Positions 24,401 to 37,654 of a stretch of DNA of 64,000 nt are shown one piece after another. This DNA is from Mobula hypostoma. Taxonomy: Eukaryota. Every line of letters begins with the position of its first letter. The first letter of the stretch is position 1. The stretch covers positions 11,720,001-11,784,000 of the forward strand of contig NC_086101.1 of the NCBI RefSeq assembly GCF_963921235.1, in the 5' to 3' direction. The notes beneath the pieces are model-generated. The model was not told the DNA's origin. It worked only from the letters and a program-made list of their open reading frames with translations, and did not search any database. The translations under genes and the position numbers were made by a program.

Positions 24401-27400
24401 ATTAAGCAGGAAAAGATGGAATAATATTAAAGAGGAAACCAGAAGTTTCTTCAGATACATAAAGTGTAAAAGAGAGGTGAGAGTGGATATCAGACCATTA
24501 GAAAACAATGATGGAGAGGTAGTAATGGGGGACAAGGAAATGGTGAATGAACTGAATAAGTATTTTTCACCACTCTTCACTGTGGAAGACACTAGCAGTA
24601 TGGTGGAAGTTCCATAGTGTCAGGGCTCAGAAGTGCGTTAAGTTGCCATTACTAGGGAGCAGGTTCTTGGGAAACTAAAAGGTCTAATGATGGGTAAGTC
24701 ATCTGAACCAGATGGGATATACACCCCAGGGTTCTGAAAGATGTGTCTGAAGAGATTGTGGAGGCATTAGTAATGATCTTCCAAGAATCACTAGGTTCTG
24801 GAATGGTTTGAGAAGACTAGCAAATTGTAAATGTCACTCTACTCTTCAAGAAGGGAAGGAGGCAGAGAAAGGAAATTATAGGTCAGTTATTCTGACCTCA
24901 GTGGTTAGGAAGGCATTGGAGTTGATTGTTGAGGATGTGGTTTCAGGGTACTTGGAGGCAAATGATAAAATAGACTGTGGTCAGCATGGTTTCTTCAAGG
25001 GAAAATCTTACCTGACAAATCAATTGGAATCCTTTGAAGAAATCGCAAGCAGAATTGGTTGATGTTGTGTTACTTGGATTTTCAGATCTTTGACAAGGTG
25101 CCACACATGAGGCTGCTTAACAAGTTAAGAACCCATGGTATTACAGGAAAGAATCTAGCAGGGGCTGATTGGCAAGAAGGGAAGAGCGGAAATAAAGGGA
25201 GGTTTTTCTGTTTGCCTGCCAGTGACTAGGGGTCTGTGTTGGGACTGTTTTCTAACATTATATGTCACTGACTTGGATGATGGAATTGATGGCTTTGTTG
25301 CAAAGCTTGTGGATGATATGAAGATAGGTGGAGGGGCAGGTAGTTCTGAGGAAGTAGAGAGATTACAGAAGGACTAATACAGATGAGGAGAATGGGCAAA
25401 GAAGTGGCACTTTGTATATAGTGTCAGGAAGTGTATGGTCATGCACTTTGGTAGAGGAAATAAAACGGTAGACTGTTTTCTAAGAGGGGAGAAAATTTTA
25501 AAAATTGAGGTGCAAAGGGAGTCCTTGTGCAGGATTCCCTGAGGTTAATTTACAGGTTGAATCTGTGGTGAGCAAGGCTAATTGAAACCTATCAAATGTT
25601 GAAAGGCCTTGATGTAGTGGATGTGGAGAGGATGTTTTCTAAGGTGGGAAGACCAGAGGACACACCCTCAGACTAGGAGGGCATCCTTTTGGAAAAGGAC
25701 AAATTTCTTTAGCCAGAGAGTGGCGAATCTGTGGAATTCATTTCCATAGACAGCTGTGGAGGCCAGGTCTTTACATATATTTAATAGAACATAGCATAGT
25801 ACAGCACAGTACAGGCCCTTCAACCCACAATGTTGTGCCGACCCAGAAACCCTGCCTCCCATATAACCACCCACCTTAAATTCCTCCATATACCTGTCCA
25901 GTAGTCTCTTAAATTTCACCAGTGTATCTGCTTCCACCACTGACTCAGGCAGTGCATTCCACGCACCAACCACTCTCTGAGTAAAAAACCTTCCTCTAAT
26001 ATCGGCATTGAACTTCCCACCCCTTACCTTAAAGCCATGTCCTCTTGTACTGAGCAGTGGTGCCCTGGGGAAGAGGCGCTGGCTATCCACTCTATCTATT
26101 CCTCTTATTATCTTGTACACCTCTATCATGTCTCCTCTCATCCTCCTTCTCTCCAAAGAGTAAAGCCCTAGCTCCCTTAATCTCTGATCATAATGCACAC
26201 TCTCTAAACCAGGCAGCATCCTGGTAAATCTCCTCTGTACCCTTTCCAATGCTTCCACATCCTTCCTATAGTGAGGCAACCAGAACTGGATATAGTACTC
26301 TAAGTGTGGCCTAACCAGAGTTTTATAGAGCTGCATCATTACCTCATGACTCTTAAACTCTATCCCTCGACTTATGAAAGCTAACACCCCATAAGCTTTC
26401 TTAACTACCCTGTCTACCTCTGAGGCAACTTTCAGGGATCTGTGGACATGAACCCCCAGATCCCTCTGCTCCTCCACACTACCAAGTATCCTGCCATTTA
26501 CTTTGTACTCCGCCTTGGAGTTTGTCCTTCCTAAGTGTACCAACTCACACTTCTTAGGGTTGAACTCCATCTGCCACTTCTCAGCCCACTTCTGCATCCT
26601 ATCAATGTCTCTCTGCAATCTTCCACAATCCTCTACACTATCCACAACACCACCAACCTTTGTGTCATCTGCAAACTTGCCAACCCACCCTTCTACCCCC
26701 ACATCCAGGTCGTTAATAAAAATCATGAAAAGTAGAGGTCCCAGAACCGATCCTTGTGGGACACCACTAGTCACAACTCTCCAGTCCAAATGTATTCCCT
26801 CCACCATGACCCTCTGCTTTCTGCAGGCAAGCCAATTCTGAATCCACCTGGCCAAACTTCCCTGGATCCCACGCCTTCCGACTTTCTGAATAAGCCTACC
26901 GTGTGGAACCTTGTCAAATGCCTTACTAAAATCCATATAGATCACATCCACTGCACTACCCTCATCTACATGCCTGGTCACCTCCTCAAAGAACTCTATC
27001 AGGCTTGTTAGACATGATCTGCCCTTCATAAAGCTATGCTGACTGCCCTTGATTAGACAATAAGGCAGAGGGTGATTGATTTCTGAGTAATCATGGCATG
27101 AAGGGATACGGGGAGAAGGCAGGAGTCTGGTGCTGAGGAGAATAATGGATCAGCCATGATGACATGGCACAGCATACTCGATGGGCCAAATGGCCTAATG
27201 CTGCTCCTGTAACTTATATTATTATTATGATGGGCATTCTATGTTGCCACTGGAATGTGTGATGCACTGGCAGGCTGACTTCAGTACATCTTTAGGTTGT
27301 GCTTGTTGTTATCACTAACAGTGCAGTTCACCCTCTGTTTCAATGTACATGTGATAAATAAATGAATCGGAATCTGAGTTTCATCCTTTGGCTCAGCACT

Positions 27401-30400
27401 CTTCCCCTGCATTTGGCATTGGGGAAATGAACTCTAATGCATGCTTGATTAGGTATTAGGTAAACGAGCAAATGTTCATACTAATTACATCAATTTGCAA
27501 CACGTTTCTTATCAGCACTTAGTACATCAATTAATACTCGGATATTCCTGCAAACTAGTGTCAGGCTGCAAGTTCTGAATCAGAACAAATAAATATGTTA
27601 TTTACCAGGATGAATGTCATCAAACATTTCCCTCCACACTGGTAAAGGTAATGGACCAATTAATTTTTCTAACGTCAGAACCCCTTCCGTGATTCCAAGT
27701 GTCCCGTCATCTCCAACCCTGCAAATATTAAATCAGTTTAGAAACATAGAAATGTAGAAAACTTACAACACAATACAGGCCCTTCGGCCCACAATGCTGT
27801 GCCAAACATGTACTTACTTTAGAAATTATTGAGGGTATAGAAAAATAGAAAACCTACAGCACAAAGTTTAATGGAACTTGAACAATTTCCTGGTTAGGGT
27901 TACAACGTTCATAAGGGTTTCAGCGAAGAGCGTATCCTACCTTCTCTTCCGACAGGATTCCTCCTGAAATAGACAAAACAAAAATCACACTGGAGATACT
28001 GACCACATTTATTAAGTTGTCTGTTTGCTCAAGTAATTAATTAATTAGTGATACAGTGCAGAACAGGGCCTTCTTGTCCAATGAACTGCACTGCCCAATA
28101 CCCCAGCTATTTAACGTTAGCCTAATCACAGGACAATTTACAATGACAAATTAACCTATTAACCAGTATGTCTTTGCACTGTAGGAGGAAACAGGAGCAC
28201 CAAGAGGAAACTCAAGTGGTCATGGGAGAATATACAAACCCATTACAGGCATCGCCAGAGTTGAACTGCAAACTCCAACGCCCTGATCTGTAATAGCTTC
28301 AAGCTAACCGCTACACTCGCTACCATAGATGTAAGGTTATATTAATTTATGAACACTTTCTTGAGTTGATATTCAAAGCTGGGGACTTTCACATGCAAAT
28401 CAAGACAAGGTTATAAATTTTCTCATCCCTTTTTGCTGAGGAGAAGGATATTTTACAATATGCTATCACTAGAACAAGCAGAGATTGAATGTTTTCACAG
28501 GTTGAAAATTTGTTCAATCCCCTGAGAATATCACAGACAGCTGTTAGAGTCAAGAGAGGAAATTGCCTGTGGGCTGAAAAGATTTTTTAAAACGCAGAGA
28601 TGATAGGTAAGATGTCAGATGACTGGAGGAGAGTAATCATGGGAATTTTATTCAGTCATGCTATATAGAGTCATACAGGTGCTAGATGCCAACAGATCCA
28701 TGCAAACCAAGATTCCCAGCTAAACCAGTCCTATTTACTCACATTTGGCCTATGTCCCTCTAAACATTTCCCACCTTGTACCTTTCCGGTACCTTTTAAA
28801 TATTAAAATATTGCGTCAAGTACTTCCTCTGACCAACTCATTCCATATACTGTCCACCTTCTTGTTGAGAAAGTTGCCTCTCAGGTTCCTAATAAGTTTC
28901 TCCCCCTCTCAATCTAAACCCCTCTAGTTCTGAATTCCCAACTATATACACCTGCTCTATCTGTCCATCAGGAATATACACACATGGAATGAATCAGGTA
29001 ATTAGAAACCAGAATTGAACAACCAGATGATAGATGGTAGAAAAGCTACTGGAAAACAAAAGTTGGATTGCTGTAAAATCTTTTTCCTTTATGATGGAGA
29101 ACAGTTATCCACATTGAGGTATTGTGATTAGTTTTGGGTTCTCATGGATGTACAGGCATCGGAAAATGGTCCAGAGGAGGTTCATGAGAATGATCCCAGG
29201 AATGGAAGTATTAATAGATGAGGATTATTTGATGTCTCTGGCCCTGTACTCTCTGGAATTTAGAAGAATGAGGGGGAGATCTCATTGAGTCCTATCAAAC
29301 AATTAAAAACCTGGATAGAGTAGACATGGAAAGGGTGTTTCCTATATTGTAGGAGTCAAGGACCAAATGACACAGCCTTAGAATAGAGGGATGTCCTATT
29401 AGAACAGAGAAGATGGGGAATTTCTTTCACCATTATCTATGGAATTTATTGCCACAGATGGCTGGGGAAGTCAAGTCATTGGGTATATTTAAAGTGGAGT
29501 TCGATAGGTTCTTGATTAGTAAGGAAGTCAAAGGTTATAGGGAGAAGGCAGGAGAATGGGGTTGAGATGGATAATAGATCAACCATGGTAGAATGGCAGA
29601 GCAGACTCAATTGGCTAAATGGCCTAATTCTGCCTTCTAAAATCTGCAGACATATCATCGCCAACCCCACTTTGTCAACACCGTCTGTGTCTGAAACCAG
29701 AAAAAGAAATGTGATTGTGTATGATCATGAAATATACTTAACATGCCAATGAGGTAGAGGGTGACAATCTTTTGAGCACAGTTTAAATTCCTTTGTGTGC
29801 TAGTAGCAAAAGATGTGTGTGTATGCACACACACCTTCGAGGGAACATTGCCTATGTCTTATGGTCTAATTTGTTTTGACCTTCTGGTGACTTGAAATCC
29901 TCAGCACAGTCAATGAGGTATAATTTCCTGTGAAGTAGCCAAGACAGACATACAGATCAAGGGCAACAGATCTGGCATTGCATTAAAGTAGGAAATACTG
30001 TCTTTGTGTGCAATTGCAGTGAATGTATACTACACGTGCTCACCTTCAGAAAAACCACATCATCTTTCTGCTCCATCTGCTTCTGCAGCATTGAGATTGC
30101 CTCCTCAATGGAAGTTAAACTCCTCTGAATCTCAGAAAGATGTCTCTCTATTTGGTCTACAGCCCTTTCCTCCTGTTTCTTGAGATCTCTGATTAAGCGC
30201 TGTTCTTTCTCGGTGAGCTTCTGATGCATTTGAGTGAACTCGGATGAGATATACAACTCCAAGCTACGCGACTGGTCCTATCAAAAGAAACGCTTACAGA
30301 GTACAATAACTAAAGCAGAATAAGAGAGATCACAGAACATGAGAGAGATTCTGCAGCTGCTGGAAAACCAGAGCAATGCACACACAATGAGTTTTCAGAT

Positions 30401-31501
30401 GGAGACGCAACGTAAAGATTTTTACTCCTCGTGTATGTGAAGGATGTAAGAAATAAAGTCAATTCATTCAATTCAATTGCAGCGGATCAGGCAGTATCTA
30501 TGGAGAGGAATGAACAGTCGACATTTTGGATTGAAATCCTTCACCAGGACTGAAAAGGAAGGGGGAAGAAGCCAGAGTATGAAAGTGGAGGGATGAGAAG
30601 GAATATAATCTGCCAGGAGATACGTGAAACCAGGAGGAGTGAATAGGGTGGATGGGGCAACTGTGCAGGAAGATGCTGGGAGGTGATAGGTGGAAGAAAT
30701 GAAGGGCTGAAGAAGGAGGAATCTGATAGGAGAGGAGTGTGGCCCATGAGAAAAGAAAGGAAGGGGTGTACCGGAGGGAGGCGATGGGCAAGTGAGGAGA
30801 TGGGAAGGGGTCAGAGGGGAGCTAGAATGGGGAATAGCAAAAGAGGTGTGCCGGGAGCGGTGATTACCGGAAGTTGGAGAGCAGAAATTCACAAAAGGGA
30901 GGGAGGCTTTACCCGAATCTCAGAAATCTGCTGTTCCTGTTGCTGCTCCTTTCGGAGAATTACCGATTTCCTCGCGGTGAGTGACGTGAGGGACGATTTC
31001 ACCTGCTCCTGCAGCCGATCATAGAACAAAAATATTAAAGAACTAACATGTATCAAGTTAATCAAGTCATCAAATTCGTTTCATTTTTACCTTGTAGAAT
31101 TCAACAGCTTCTTTAATCGGCATAAAGTTATGAAACTTGTGCTCCCGCGCGTCTCTACAGATCAGGCAGAGCAGTTTCTTGTCCGTCTCACAAAACAGCT
31201 TCAGTTCTTCCTCATGTTCCTCGCAGTGAAGTTTACTTTCCTGCGCTGACGGATTTAAATTCAGTTCTCGAGCTTTATCAGCCAGTCTCGATAAGGCCCG
31301 GTTCGCTTTAAAGACGATTTCCTTGAATTGCTCTCGGCATTCCGGGCAGGCGATCTTCGCATCCTTTTCCCAACACCGTTTGATACAGTCGCGGCAAAAA
31401 TTGTGTCCACACTCCAGTGATACCGGATCGGTGAAGATATCAAGGCAGACGGGACAAATTGCCTCGTCGGTCCAACTCCCGACCTGGTGTTTGGAAGCCA
31501 T
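17839..31501 (-). CDS. TRIM gene B, complete, predicted 481 aa RING-B-box-CC-PRY/SPRY
   Basis: Exons 31501-31091, 31008-30913, 30277-30044, 27963-27941, 27718-27606, 18407-17839 total 1446 nt, in frame, canonical splice sites. Confidence 0.93.
19010..19245. repeat. GA-rich low-complexity tract
   Basis: Near-pure purine run in TRIM B intron 5. Confidence 0.9.
20038..22397 (+). mobile_element. Tx1-like (L1 superfamily) LINE, 5'-truncated, 15-bp TSD AAACACATTTGCACC
   Basis: RT (KTPGSDGLPAE, NWRPISLLNVDYKILSK, LDQEKAFDRI, GVRQG..LSP, YMDN), C-terminal C..ESVTHLFAHC, AATAAA plus polyA; TSD at 20023-20037 and 22398-22412; a few in-frame stops. Confidence 0.92.
25785..27060 (-). mobile_element. 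Young CR1 LINE 3' part (uninterrupted RT frame) nested in the older CR1
   Basis: DFSKAFDKVPH, SGVPQGSVLGP, KFADDTK with no stops; host sequence TTTAA|GGCAGAG resumes at 27061. Confidence 0.93.
27606..27718 (-). CDS. TRIM B exon 5, 113 nt
   Basis: TGCAG|G...CATCCTG|GTAAAT; VGDDGTLGITEGVLTLEKLIGPLPLPVWREMFDDIHP. Confidence 0.88.
27941..27963 (-). CDS. TRIM B exon 4, 23 nt
   Basis: TTTCAG|GAGGAATCCTGTCGGAAGAGAAG|GTAGGA. Confidence 0.85.
28050..28325 (-). mobile_element. V-domain tRNA-derived SINE (degenerate)
   Basis: Reverse of GTTTCCTCC..CAAAGAC V-domain-like block. Confidence 0.6.
29130..29640 (+). mobile_element. CR1 3' fragment
   Basis: GTCCAGAGGAGGTTCATGAGAATGATCCCAGG... and TGGCCTAATTCTGC 3' end. 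Confidence 0.75.
30044..30277 (-). CDS. TRIM B exon 3, 234 nt
   Basis: TAG|GACCAG...CTGAAG|GTGAGC; DQSRSLELYISSEFTQMHQKL...DDVVFLK. Confidence 0.9.
30340..30880 (-). mobile_element. Penelope-like fragment in TRIM B intron 2, with a small nested LINE tail (about 30389-30478)
   Basis: Homologous to 2050-2437 and 46747-47344; nested AATAAA + (TTCAA)n tail. Confidence 0.7.
30913..31008 (-). CDS. TRIM B exon 2, 96 nt
   Basis: CTGCAG|GAGCAG...ATTCGG|GTAAAG; EQVKSSLTSLTARKSVILRKEQQQEQQISEIR. Confidence 0.9.
31091..31501 (-). CDS. TRIM B exon 1 (RING + B-box)
   Basis: MASKHQVGSWTDEAICPVC...EAVEFYK|GTAAAA. Confidence 0.95.
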
Positions 31502-32940
31502 TCACTTCCTAGTCGAAAATCCTTCCGCGTTCGGGGAGCGGCTGAACTCCTGCAGTTCTGCGACTGATCACTGAGCGCGCTGAAGTTTCCGGGGAAGGAA
31601 CGATGACCACAATCAGCCCGTTCGCTTAAACAGCGTAGGCTGAGGGTTCTCGGGTGACTGGCAACGACGTCCACGTCGCAGATTGGAGGAGATGAGATTA
31701 ACCAAGCCTGAATATAAACTGAGTAAACACTGAGTACGAATGTGTGGAGAGTCCTGTGAGACGAAATTAAACAAGCCGGAGCCACGTTATCTACAGTATA
31801 GAATCAATAACAGGGTATTGTTGATGGGAAAGGGGGAGAGGGGAGCTGGTCAGTAACGAGGAGAGAATGGAGAGGTCTAGTTTGTTCTTCTAGGAAGGGG
31901 AAGGCTGAAACTTGACCGAGTCACACAGAAGCTTTAGGGTACAGATAAGCAAGACTCCACGAAGAATTCCCGCGTATGACAGACAGATACAGCTGAGAGT
32001 GTGTACATTTAGCACAAGAGGCAGAATTAAAGAGGATATGGGAGGAGGGGTGCTTTTTCGCCAGGAGAGCGGTGCGCACCTGGAATGCTCTGTCTGTCAT
32101 AGCGGTAGACACTGAGTGAATGGTAACATTAAGAAGTGGGTAGATGCGCATTTGGAGGTTGGCGACCGAGTACTCGGGATGGGATTAATACTGGTCGGCG
32201 TGGAGGAGTTGAGCTAAGTGGTCTCTCACTCCATGCCTTCAGTCGAACATAAAGGGAGGGTGCAGGATTGTTGTTTCCCTTTGTCAAGGGATTTGAAGCC
32301 ATGCATCACAATGTCAAGGCAAGAGGTCAGCTATTAAGCAGTGGGATACAAAGACATATCTCCACCGGCAGCCGGGGAATATCTGGAATTCTCACTTTAC
32401 GAAGCCAGCGGAGGCTCGGGCAACGAGAATCCTCAAGGCAGAGACGGCAGCAATACACCAAGCGCTGGTGAAACTCAGCAGGTCAGGCAGCCTCTGTGGA
32501 GGCCAATGGACAGCTGGCGTTTAGGATCGAAACCCTTCATCTGCAGTGGAAAGAAAAAGGGGAGACAGCTAATATGAAGAGCAGGCCGGTGGTGGGCGCA
32601 TCCTGCGGAGCGAGCGCATGAAAGGCAGATGAGTGAGCAGCGCGCCTTGTGGATTGCTCCACATCCTAGCTTGTGCGCTCCCTTGTGTCTGGAAGACATA
32701 GATTTCATTTTAGGACGAGAGCGATATTACATTTGTACGGGATAGTGTCGCTCAGTTTAAAATTTAGGCTATTTATCCGTTGCCTCTCGCCCTTGTTCTC
32801 TCTGCCCCATGATTATGTTTTTTTCTCTATCCTTCATTGCTCTCCAGGGTTCCCCCTCCTCTCTCTTCCCACTCTTCTCCCTCCCATTTAAACCTTCCCA
32901 AGCATTTCTAGTTAACAGCCTGTCCTCAAGGCCATTGCTT

Positions 32941-33275
32941 GGCGGCACGGTAGCGAGGCGAGCAGCCCAACGCTTTACAGCGGCAGCTGTGAGGTTTAGT
33001 TCGACTCCAACCACTACCGCTGTCTAAAAGGAGTCTGTACGTTCTCCCCGGGGCCACGCGGGTCTCCCCCGGCTGCTTCAGTTTCCTCCCACGTTCCAAA
33101 GACATACGATTAGAGTTACTGAGTTGCGGACAGGCTAAACTGACGCTCGGCAGCGCGGCGACACTTGTGGTTCGCCCCCAGTACAATCCTCACCGACTTG
33201 ATTTGACGCAAGTGACGCATTTCACTGTATGTTTCGATGTTCACCTGACAAATAAAAGCTAATCTTTATCTTTAT
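32941..33275 (+). mobile_element. V-SINE (tRNA-derived)
   Basis: tRNA-like head (GGCACGGTAGCG..GTTCGACTCC), V-domain-like GTTTCCTCCCACGTTCCAAAGAC, AATAAA and (ATCTTT)n tail. Confidence 0.75.
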
Positions 33276-34424
33276 TTTTGTGCTGGTGCTGCTGAAGTAT
33301 AAAACATCAAGTTTGTACTGGTCCCACTTTTCCCGAAACAATGCGACACGAGCTGAATCCCTCCCAGTCCAGTTCTCCAGTCAAATAGTCAGCCAACGTA
33401 TCTTCCAATTCCTAGTCTCGTTAACACTGGACTGTTCATCGTCTATTCGGAACTCTGATGGTGGAGGGGAACCATCCGTTCCTAAAACATCGAGAGTGTG
33501 TCTTCAGACTCCCGCACCCTTTCTCTCATAGTTGTAAAAAGAAAAGCGCATGCGCCTGGGTGATGGGTGTCCTCAACGATGGCCTTTTTAGAAATATAGA
33601 AACATAGAAAATAGGTGCAGGAGTAGGCCATATGGCCCTTCGAGCCTGCACCACCATTCAGTATGATCATACTGAATGGGGCCTTTTGAAGATCTCCACG
33701 ATGCTGGGGAGACTAGTGAACATGATAGAGCTGGCTTAGTTTGCAAACTTCAGCAAACTCTGGATCGGTCAGCAATTCCCCATTGTACGTGACAGCGAGA
33801 GGTAGTCAAACTGAAGCTCTCCCCCAGTTCTCTGCTCCTCTCCCGAGGCCCCTGAAAGGACTGCCCAAAAAACTGTACTTTAAAAAAAAGAGCAAATTAG
33901 TGAGATATTCATGAGTACAGGGGTTCTGTTTATTTGTTTTCCAAGGTGTGGGTGTCCCTGCCCACATCTTAAATTCTTATATTCAATAAACACTGACCGG
34001 GCAGTGACACCCACACCTTGCAACATAAACAGACAAAACAATGAATAATTAATTCATTTAATTTAATGCAAGTTTTCCCCTCCACCATCACATTTCCAAA
34101 AGGCCAATGAAACCATGAACACCACTCCAATATTTTATTCTCTTTTTCACTACTTTTTTTCCAATTTCTCATTGTAACCTATGGTACATTTTTAATGCAT
34201 TTTTGCTCTCCACTGTTGCAGCAAGACAACACATTTCATGGCATACATCTGTGATAATAAATCTGATTTTGATTCTGATAGCTTATTTAGGTAATATGTT
34301 TACTTTGATTAATAATAAAAGTAATTCACCATTATAAATATTAATAATATATTTTAATTATCGGTTTAGTGAATGATTAACATTATTTTTGTAACTTACT
34401 AACTTACATCAGCCAATCCATATC

Positions 34425-36420
34425 AGAATCTGGTTTATTATCACCAGCGTGTGATGTGAAATTTGTTAACTTAGTAGCAGCAGTTCAATGCAATACATAA
34501 TATTGAAGAGAAAAATAAATAAAATTAAAATAATAATAAATAAACAAGTAAATCAATTACAGTATACATATATATTGAATAGATTTTTTAAAAACGTGCA
34601 AAAAAACAAAATACTGTATATTTTTAAAAGTGAGGTGTGTCCAAGGATTCAATATCCATTTAGGAATCGGATGGCAGAGGGGAAGAAGCTGTTCCTGAAT
34701 CGCTGAGTGTGTGCCTTCAGGCTTCTGTATCTCCTACCTGATGGTAACAGTGAGAAAAGCGCATGTCATGGGTGCTGAAGGTCCTTAATAATAGACACTG
34801 CTTTTCTGAGACACCGCTCCCTAAAGATGTCCTGGGTACTTTGTAGGCTAGTGCCCAAGATGGAGCAGACTAGATTTACAACCTTCTGCAGCTTTTTCGG
34901 TCCTGTGCAGTAGCCCCCCATACAAGACAGTGATTCAGCCTGTCAGAATGCTCTCCACGGTACAGGTACAACTATAGAAGTTTTTGAGTGTATTTGTTGA
35001 CATGCCAAATTGCTTCAAACTCAATAAAGTACAGCCGCTGTCTTGCCTTCTTTATGACTACATAATGTTTTGGGACCAGGTTAGAACTTCAGCAATCTTG
35101 ACACACAGAAACTTGAAGCTTCTCACTCTCTCCATTTCTGATCCCTCTATGAGGATTGGTATGTGTTCCTTCGTCTTACCCTTCCTGAAGTCCACAGTCA
35201 GCTCTTTCGTCTTACTGACATTGAGTGCCAGGTTGTTGCTGCAGCATCATTTCACTAGTTGGCATATCTCACTCCTGTGCGCCCTCTAGTCACCACCAAA
35301 GTTTCTAACAACAGTGGTTGTATCATCAGCAAATTTGTAGATAGTATTTTAGCTATGCCTAGCCACACGGTCATGTAAATACAGAGAGTAGAGCAGTGGG
35401 CTAAGCACACACCCCTGTGGTGCGCCAGTGTTGATTGTCAGTGAGGAGGAGATGTTATCACCAATCAGCACAGATTGTGGTCTTCTGATTAGGAAGTCAA
35501 GGATCCAATTGCAGAGGGAGGTACAGAGGCCCAGGATCTGCAACTTATCAATCAGGATTGTGGGAAAGATTGTATTAAATGCTGAGCTATAGTTGATGAA
35601 CAGCATCCTGACATAGGTGTTTGCATTCTCCAGGTGGTCTAAAGCCGTGTGGAGAACCATCAAGATTGTGTCTGCCATTGACCTATTGTGGTAATAGCAA
35701 TGGTTCCAGGTCCTTGCTGAGGCAGGAGTTCAGTCTAGTCATGACCAATGTCTCAAAGCATTTCATCACGGTTGATGTGAATGCTACTAGGCAACAGTCA
35801 TTAAGGCAAACAACAGGAATTCTGCAGATGCTGGAAATTCAAGCAACACACATCAAAGTTGCTGGTGAACGCAGCAGGCCAGGCAGCATCTATAGGAAGA
35901 GGTGCAGTCGACGTTTCAGGCCGAGACCCTTCGTCAGGTCTGACGAAGGGTCTCGGCCTGAAACGTCGACTGCACCTCTTCCTATAGATGCTGCCTGGCC
36001 TGCTGCGTTCACCAGCAACTTTGATGTGTGTTGCTAGTCATTAAGGCAGCCCACATTATTCTTCTTAGGCACTGGTATAATTGTTGCCTTTTTGAAGCAA
36101 GTGGGAACTTCCACCCAGAGCAGTGAGAGGTTGAAAATGTCCTTGAATGCTCCTGCTTGTTGGTTGGCACAGGTTTTCAGAGCCTTACCAGGTACTCCAT
36201 CGGGACCTTCCACCTTGCGAGGGTTCACTCTCTTTAAAGACAGCCTAACATCAGCCTCTGAAATGGAGATCACAGGGTCATCAGGTGCAGCAGGGATCTT
36301 CCAAGCTGTAGCTGTGTTCTCCCTTTCAAAGCAGGCATAGAAGGTGTTGAGTTCATCTGGTAGTGAAGCATCACTGCCATTCATGCTATTGGGTTTCACT
36401 TTGTAGGAAGTAATGTCTGC
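34425..36420 (-). mobile_element. Rex1/Babar-like LINE
   Basis: [38 protein letters not shown]; same family as 11105-12665. Confidence 0.87.
35809..36035. mobile_element. Fold-back Penelope-like pLTR insertion with 13-bp TSD AGTCATTAAGGCA
   Basis: Perfect 96-bp inverted arms 35842-35937 and 35940-36035; TSD 35796-35808 and 36036-36048. Confidence 0.9.
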
Positions 36421-36829
36421 TTATCTGGCGAAAATCACAAAAGAATGTGGCAACTGCTCTGCCCGAGACCTCAAGAAATTGCAGTGAGTTCTGAACTAAA
36501 TGCATCTCGCAAACCGGCCTCCCAGCCTTTCACTCCGCCTTCACTTGAGGCTGCCTTGGGAAAGCGACCAGCAAAAGCAAGGACCCCTCCCACTTAGGTG
36601 CTTCTCTCTTCCATCCTCTCCTGTCAGGAAGAAGGCAGGAAAGCCTGAGAGCGGCTTCTTATCCCACTGTTATTGGATTCTTGCAGGGACCTTCGTGAAC
36701 TCTTAATTACCCTGTGGTCGTGTCCCCTGCATTTTAGTTGCCTCCTTGCAATGCACTTTTCTGGCAATGTTTCACTCTGCACCAGATTTTCTTTTTACTT
36801 CTTCAATGTAATCATGTACAGGGCCATCA

Positions 36830-37340
36830 GATCATATGAACACAAGACCACAAAGCATAGGAGCATAATTAGGCCATTTGGCCTATTGCATCTATTCCAT
36901 TTCATCATGGCTGATTTATTTTTTCTCTTAATCCATTCTCCTGCTTTCTCCCTGTGACCTTTGATGCCCTTACTAATCAAGAGCTTATCTGCCTCTGTTT
37001 CAAATACACCCAATGTCTTGTCCTCCACAGCCGACTGTGGCAATGAATTCCACAGATTTGCCACGCTCTAGCTGAAGAAATTCCTCCTCATCTCCATTCT
37101 AAATGGATGCCCGTCTATTCTGAGGCTGTGTCCTCTGGTGCCAGACTCCCCTGACGAAAGGGAACATGCTCTTCACATCCACACTCACTAGGCCTTTAAA
37201 TATTCAATAGGTTTCAATGAGATCCTGCTCATTCTTCTAAACTCCAGTATGTACAGGCCCAGAGCCATCAAACGGTCCTCATACATTAACCCTTTCATTC
37301 CTGGAATCACTCTCGTGAATTTCCTCTGGACCCTGTTCAA
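36830..37340 (-). mobile_element. CR1 3' fragment
   Basis: RVQRKFTRVIPGMKGLMYEDRL; ANLWNSLPQSAVE. Confidence 0.8.
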
Positions 37341-37654
37341 TGCCGTATGGTATAATATGTCTGGATGGCACCCTAAACAAAAGATCAAAGATTTTTCACT
37401 ATATCTCAGTAGATATGACAATAATAAACCAATACTAATACCTATACACCCTTATCCAAATGCCAAATCCGTACCAACAAATTAGTTTCTTGCTGGTTTT
37501 TAAAGTTCAAGTTCAAGTTTATTATCTTTCAACAGAACATGTGTATACCACCAAATGAAACACTATTCCTCCAGACCAAGGTGCACAACACAGTACATAT
37601 AAACTCACACACTTAACACATAAAGTAATATTATAACTAGTAAATTAAATAATC

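Larger units (their letters stand above)
19625..27230 (+). mobile_element. Near full-length decayed CR1 LINE, antisense in TRIM B intron 5, hosting two nested LINEs
   Basis: 5'UTR with internal duplication, ORF1 CxxC..CxxC + zipper + SGNH esterase (GDSIVRG, HIGTN), APE (LYFNACSILNK), RT (QHGFFKGKS), 3' tail about 27230. Confidence 0.87.

Noticed and set aside
25668..27029. 453-aa RT ORF as a host or domesticated gene
   Set aside because: 5'-truncated young CR1. The extra C-terminus comes from loss of the stop seen in the sister copy at 7938 (TGA vs TCT) and read-through into tail and flank.
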